The notes below the pieces were generated by a model. That model had not been told where the DNA came from and searched no databases. It saw nothing but the letters and a program-made list of their open reading frames with translations. DNA of 55,323 nucleotides, the filler included, from Sluysia triapertura (taxonomy: Eukaryota), in NCBI GenBank assembly GCA_046118255.1. It is 4 parts of 4 records of this genome, joined end to end, with 100 filler letters (N's around TTAATTAATTAA, not from the genome) between each part and the next. Parts side by side here need not be neighbours in the genome. Positions count along the whole stretch, not along the records: positions 42,904 to 55,323 come from JBJNIA010111534.1; 3 more parts are not named here. One strand, given 5' to 3'. A program made the translations under genes and the position numbers. Position 1 is the stretch's first letter. Each line of letters starts with the position of its first letter. Positions 50,850 through 55,323 of this stretch are shown here, one piece after another.

Positions 50850-51598
50850 AGATGTAATTGTGATTCTAATGTTATAAGACAATGAGAAAAAGCCTTCAAT
50901 GAAAGTTTAAATATAAATTGGTGGTTTTGAATGTCATTATGGTTTGGATGTTGTAAGCATATGGATTAAAATGTTCTGATGGGTTTAGATGCATCTGCAG
51001 TTCTGATGTTATGAATTATAGGTAAAAATGTTTTAAATAAAATTTAAAATGCGTTAATGGTTTGGAATAAAGAAGTGATTTTAAGATTGTAACTTAAAAT
51101 GTATTAAAATGAGAATAGTTCTAGTGGATGTGATGCAATAAAGTATGATGCATTGTATAATGTTAATTGATATAATTATTATTGTGATGTTATGGAATTG
51201 TGAGTAGAGAATATATTGAAGTATAAAATGGTTTTAGTGGATCTGAAAGAAATACAAAATGAAAAGGGTTCTGATAGAAAAATAGGTGAAATGTTAATGA
51301 ATGTACGATATGTTGAATTCATTTGAAATGTTTCGATTAATTTTTTAAGGTAATCTTTGATTATTTCTGATGCTGAGTATGATCTTGATGCTCTGACATT
51401 TTATGTCTAAAGTATATGCAAGTATTAAGAATTGTAAAATGTTCTGGAGTGATTTTGTTATGTCGTGATAAAATAGAATTTTTAAAAGTGGTATGTTGGC
51501 CACCACAATTGTCATGATTTTTAATTCTATTCTTGTTTTTATTGGCAACCAATGTAATTATTTAAGATAAGGTATTACATGAGATCTTCTTCCCCCTT
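50850..51598 (-). mobile_element. Putative PPT plus LTR start (minus strand); left boundary uncertain
   Basis: Minus strand reads CCAAGGGGAAGAAGATCTCA-TGTAATA (TG at 51579), followed by ~0.7 kb of strongly strand-asymmetric sequence. Confidence 0.45.
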
Positions 51599-54464
51599 GG
51601 AGAATTAGTTTTGCTGCTTGATTAATTATTAATTGTAATTTTTTTTACATGAAATGGAGTACAATAAACTATTGTTAAAATATATGTTATTATTTATCAA
51701 TGAATGAACAATATTCATTAATTGTTTATTCTTTATTTACAAATTTTAGAAAAATTCATATTTTTATTAATTCATATTTACACTTTCTAATAATAAAATA
51801 TTTTAACTAAATTACTAAGTACTACATTTCGCAAATCAGTTATACTTAGTTTTGAAACTTGTCGTAAATATTCACAAACAAAATTATTAAAGATATTAAT
51901 CAAATATTTTATTTAAAAATATGAACTGTTTTTTATTTAAATCGCGCACTTTATTAATTTATATAGCAAGTTTAATTTTATAGCAAATTAAACAAAATTA
52001 TAAATAAAATAAAACTAATAATCTGAGTAATTTAAAAAAATTAGAATAAAAATATTAATAAAAAAAATAAAAATAGAATATATAGGAGATAGAATGGATA
52101 ATAGAATCGAATGAAACTCACCGAATTTAATTAGCAAATGGAATTAAATAAAATTAAAATGAAAAATGAATACTAGGAATCACAAACTAGTACTAAATTG
52201 CGGCCAAATCAATGTAATAAAATAAATAAATTAAAATATTTAATATATTTATCACTGTAATAAATATACTAAATATACTAATAAATCATTTATACGTTTT
52301 TAATTGGTCATGAAATAAAACTTTAGTGTAAGAAGAAACTAGCCATAATTAGCCACAGGTGGACAATAAGAGATAAAATTGCGTTTTCTAGAGATATTAT
52401 CGGAAATATTATTAATTTCACAATTATAGAAATTTGAATTTGAATTAACAATCAAATTTAAATTATATTAAAATTCTAGACAAAAATGTACTTTTAATTA
52501 GTCGTGGTACATTTTGTTATGCAGTATATTTATATTAATATATGATTTGTTAAGAAATACATTAGTGCATTAAGCCTTTAATTTATTACTGATTAAAGTG
52601 ATACAAAATTCGGAAGTATAAAGAAATAATTAATAATGTTAATAAAAACAAGTAACGCAATTGATTAAATTTATAAAAAAAGAAAATCTTTGGTACATAT
52701 TTAAAGCTAAATGTTTTTGTTAACAATAATTCGATTCTAGTAAAACTGCAGTTTAATAATAGTCGAAAATAAATAATTTTGCTAAAGCTAATAAATATAA
52801 AACTTTAAAAACAAAAATACAAAATATTTTAACGTAAAGTAATTAAAATAATAAATTATAAAATTGTTATTGCAGATTATTCAAAAAATACACTGAATAT
52901 TATTAATAATTAATATTAATTATTAAAAAAATGTTATAAAATCTATATTCCCAATCCATTTAATATTATTAATAATAAATAATAATCTCACATTTTATAA
53001 ATAAATGGTAGATCATTTAATTCTTCATTAAATATTGCATAAAATATAATCTAAAAATTATTTTATTTATTAAAATTAAGATAAAATTAAAAATAAAATT
53101 TCTAAAATAAATTCATTGGATTTAAATTAATTAAATAATATACAAATGTTATAAATAATTATATTACTTATAATATTATTACTTATAATTGTATTAACAC
53201 TAATATCTACTATATAATAACTTTTCAAATGTGCTTAAAATAAATCATTCATTATAATATTTCTGAAATAAAAGAACTGCTTTTTCTTAAATATTTCATA
53301 ACCTTCCAGTAATTAACTTAACTCTTGCGAAATCTGCTATCATAAAGACTCTCATTGTGGTTTTTCAATTTTTATTATTTCCAATAGATATTTAGGACTT
53401 CAATATTTAGGATTTAAAAATTTATGTCAATTTTTTATTGGACTCTTGATTTTAATGATAACATATGCACTTTTTTAAAAGAGGGTGTTATACTGTGAGA
53501 AAAGTAAAGCAAATAGAATAAAAACTTATCTTAAAGTGAGCTCACCAACGTACTGGGCTTACCAGTTAGGGCAAGCCATTGGATATTATAAATCAAGATA
53601 AGTCTCAAAAATATTCTAATAGAGCCTTAATGCTTAATCCTATCTGGAGGTAAACTTTGTTAATGTATATTGTAGTGCTAAGATCCTCTAATAATTGTCA
53701 AATTGAGGTTTTTTCTTATCAAAAATATAAGTAAATTTGAAAGTTTTGCGTCGTAATATTTAAAAGAATTTCTAGAAAACTTTGATTCTTAAAATATAAA
53801 TGAAAATTGAAATTTATTTAGTAATTTTACGTAGATTCCGATATAACAGTTTAAATATTCATTGTTTAATTTCAATAATAACAATGTTTCATTTTCAGTA
53901 AAGATATTTTTAGGAAATAATTTACCAAAGTATCCAATGATTGTAAAGTTTGTTTGCAAGACATATGTAAGCTATTAGGATACACAGTGTGAATTTTTAA
54001 TATTCTATCTAAAAGCCATCTACTTAAAACCTTGCTTAGTATATAAAATTTAACCTTTACTAATCATTGTTCTCGTTATTCTTTTTTTATTATCAGTTGT
54101 TTCAAATCCTTTTTTCGATCACTTACCGATTTATGAATATATTGGAAGTTTTGACAAAAAATATTTATTTTATTTTCAGCAAATCGAAAACTTTTATTTC
54201 TTTTTATATTTATTTCTATAAAAGTAATTAATTTTTCTTTTATACATTTTCAATTTTTTTTATTTCGTGTTTTCTTTAGTAAAGTTATTAACTAAATAAG
54301 TAGTAAATTTAAATAATCTTTTTTTAATCTGTTGATTTTTTCATGAAAATTTTTTTCTTTTTCAATCTTTATCTAATATTATTATTATTATTTAGATACG
54401 TAAATTTAAATAATTTTAACTACATAACTTAAATTAAAACAATAAATTAGTTTTTTCTTTCCAG

Positions 54465-54699
54465 ATCCGTTATGTATGAAATCGGTGCTGTTAGTTCTCA
54501 TGCTCGTTCTCTTTGGCGGCTTGAACTGATTAAAACAAAATGGTCAAGTAGTTTTATTTCATGGGGTAGTAAATGCCGCTTACGTCACGTGACTTCTGGA
54601 AGGTATTTATGTGTACCAGGTACCGGACAAGAAGTAACTACAATACATAGATCTGAAGCAGGTGAAGCAACTACTGCGTTTTATATTCGACAATCGAAG
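54465..54699 (+). CDS. RyR: Ryanodine receptor internal exon (N-terminal MIR/beta-trefoil region)
   Basis: SVMYEIGAVSSHARSLWRLELIKTKWSSSFISWGSKCRLRHVTSGRYL..TTAFYIRQSK matches RyR YEGGAV..HARSLWRLE...W.G..I.WG...R.RHVTTG.YL. Polypyrimidine-CCAG acceptor (54464) and AAG|GTATTA donor (54700); no disablements. Confidence 0.93.
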
Positions 54700-54853
54700 G
54701 TATTATTTATTTAAATTCTTTTAATATTCTATTTAAACTTCTAATTACATTCAATAATAATAACTGAACAATAAAAATTTCTATAATTCGTGTGTGTTGG
54801 AAATATAGGCCTAGTGTGCCATTTGGTATGGTTGACTATAATAATCTAAAAAT

Positions 54854-54948
54854 TGTTAGACGGGGTTGATAGCTCAGTGGGGCTGATTATTATAGTCATC
54901 GAACTGCGCAGCGAGAGGTCCCGGTTCGATCCCCCGGTCAGTCTAACA
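54854..54948 (+). ncRNA. tRNA-derived element (SINE head or tRNA pseudogene)
   Basis: A-box TAGCTCAGTGG (54870-54880), B-box GGTTCGATCCC (54923-54933), pairable acceptor stem; D/anticodon region over-long and non-canonical. Confidence 0.7.
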
Positions 54949-55323
54949 TATATGCTATGTAAAATTAATGAAATGATAAAAAATTATTTGTCAAATCCCA
55001 AATCGATGCATATTTAACACTATTATTAGAAAAATGTGGTTGTAACTATTTGTTTAGTGTGTATTTTTGATTTGAACAGAAAAATTAAATAGTTTGATTA
55101 TTTTCAATTTATCCTTTTGAAAATATGAATGGGTAAAGATTTTCACTAAAATGAATTTAATTTACCTTAGTTCCAGTAACAATGATAAAAAATTAAAGTT
55201 GGAAATTGTTACAATTTTTATAAGTTAAAATTAAAGTTTTCTTTTAAAATTAATGAAATTACAAAATCCTAAAGCGGTATTAAAAAGTTACTAGAATAAC
55301 AATATTATTATAAAAATTTCTAC

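Overview
Very AT-rich invertebrate (metazoan) genomic scaffold made of four contigs joined by 100-bp artificial gaps (N44-TTAATTAATTAA-N44). The only clearly intact host coding sequence is one exon of a ryanodine receptor (N-terminal MIR region, 54465-54699, +), so most of the window is probably intronic or intergenic. It is filled with nested, decayed mobile elements: a Maverick/Polinton remnant (ATPase, integrase, probable protease and capsid), hAT MITEs, piggyBac, Tc1/mariner and Penelope-like fragments, and a tRNA-derived element. Three features stand out. (i) A decayed chuvirus/Monjiviricetes-type fusion glycoprotein whose tail runs directly into a retropepsin protease with no RT after it. 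(ii) Three copies of a conserved polypurine-tract/LTR-start junction (AGGGA(A)GATCTC-N1-2-TGT). Two of them lie just downstream of decayed accessory or host-derived genes (an intron-containing ZnF-UBP ubiquitin protease, an SRSF1-like RRM, the env-protease), suggesting large cargo-carrying LTR retroelements. (iii) Three ~0.8-kb LTR-like repeats, each carrying a heat-shock-element array, CCAAT box and TATA box. All protein identifications come from manual translation and motif recall, with no database search. Boundaries of decayed elements are approximate.
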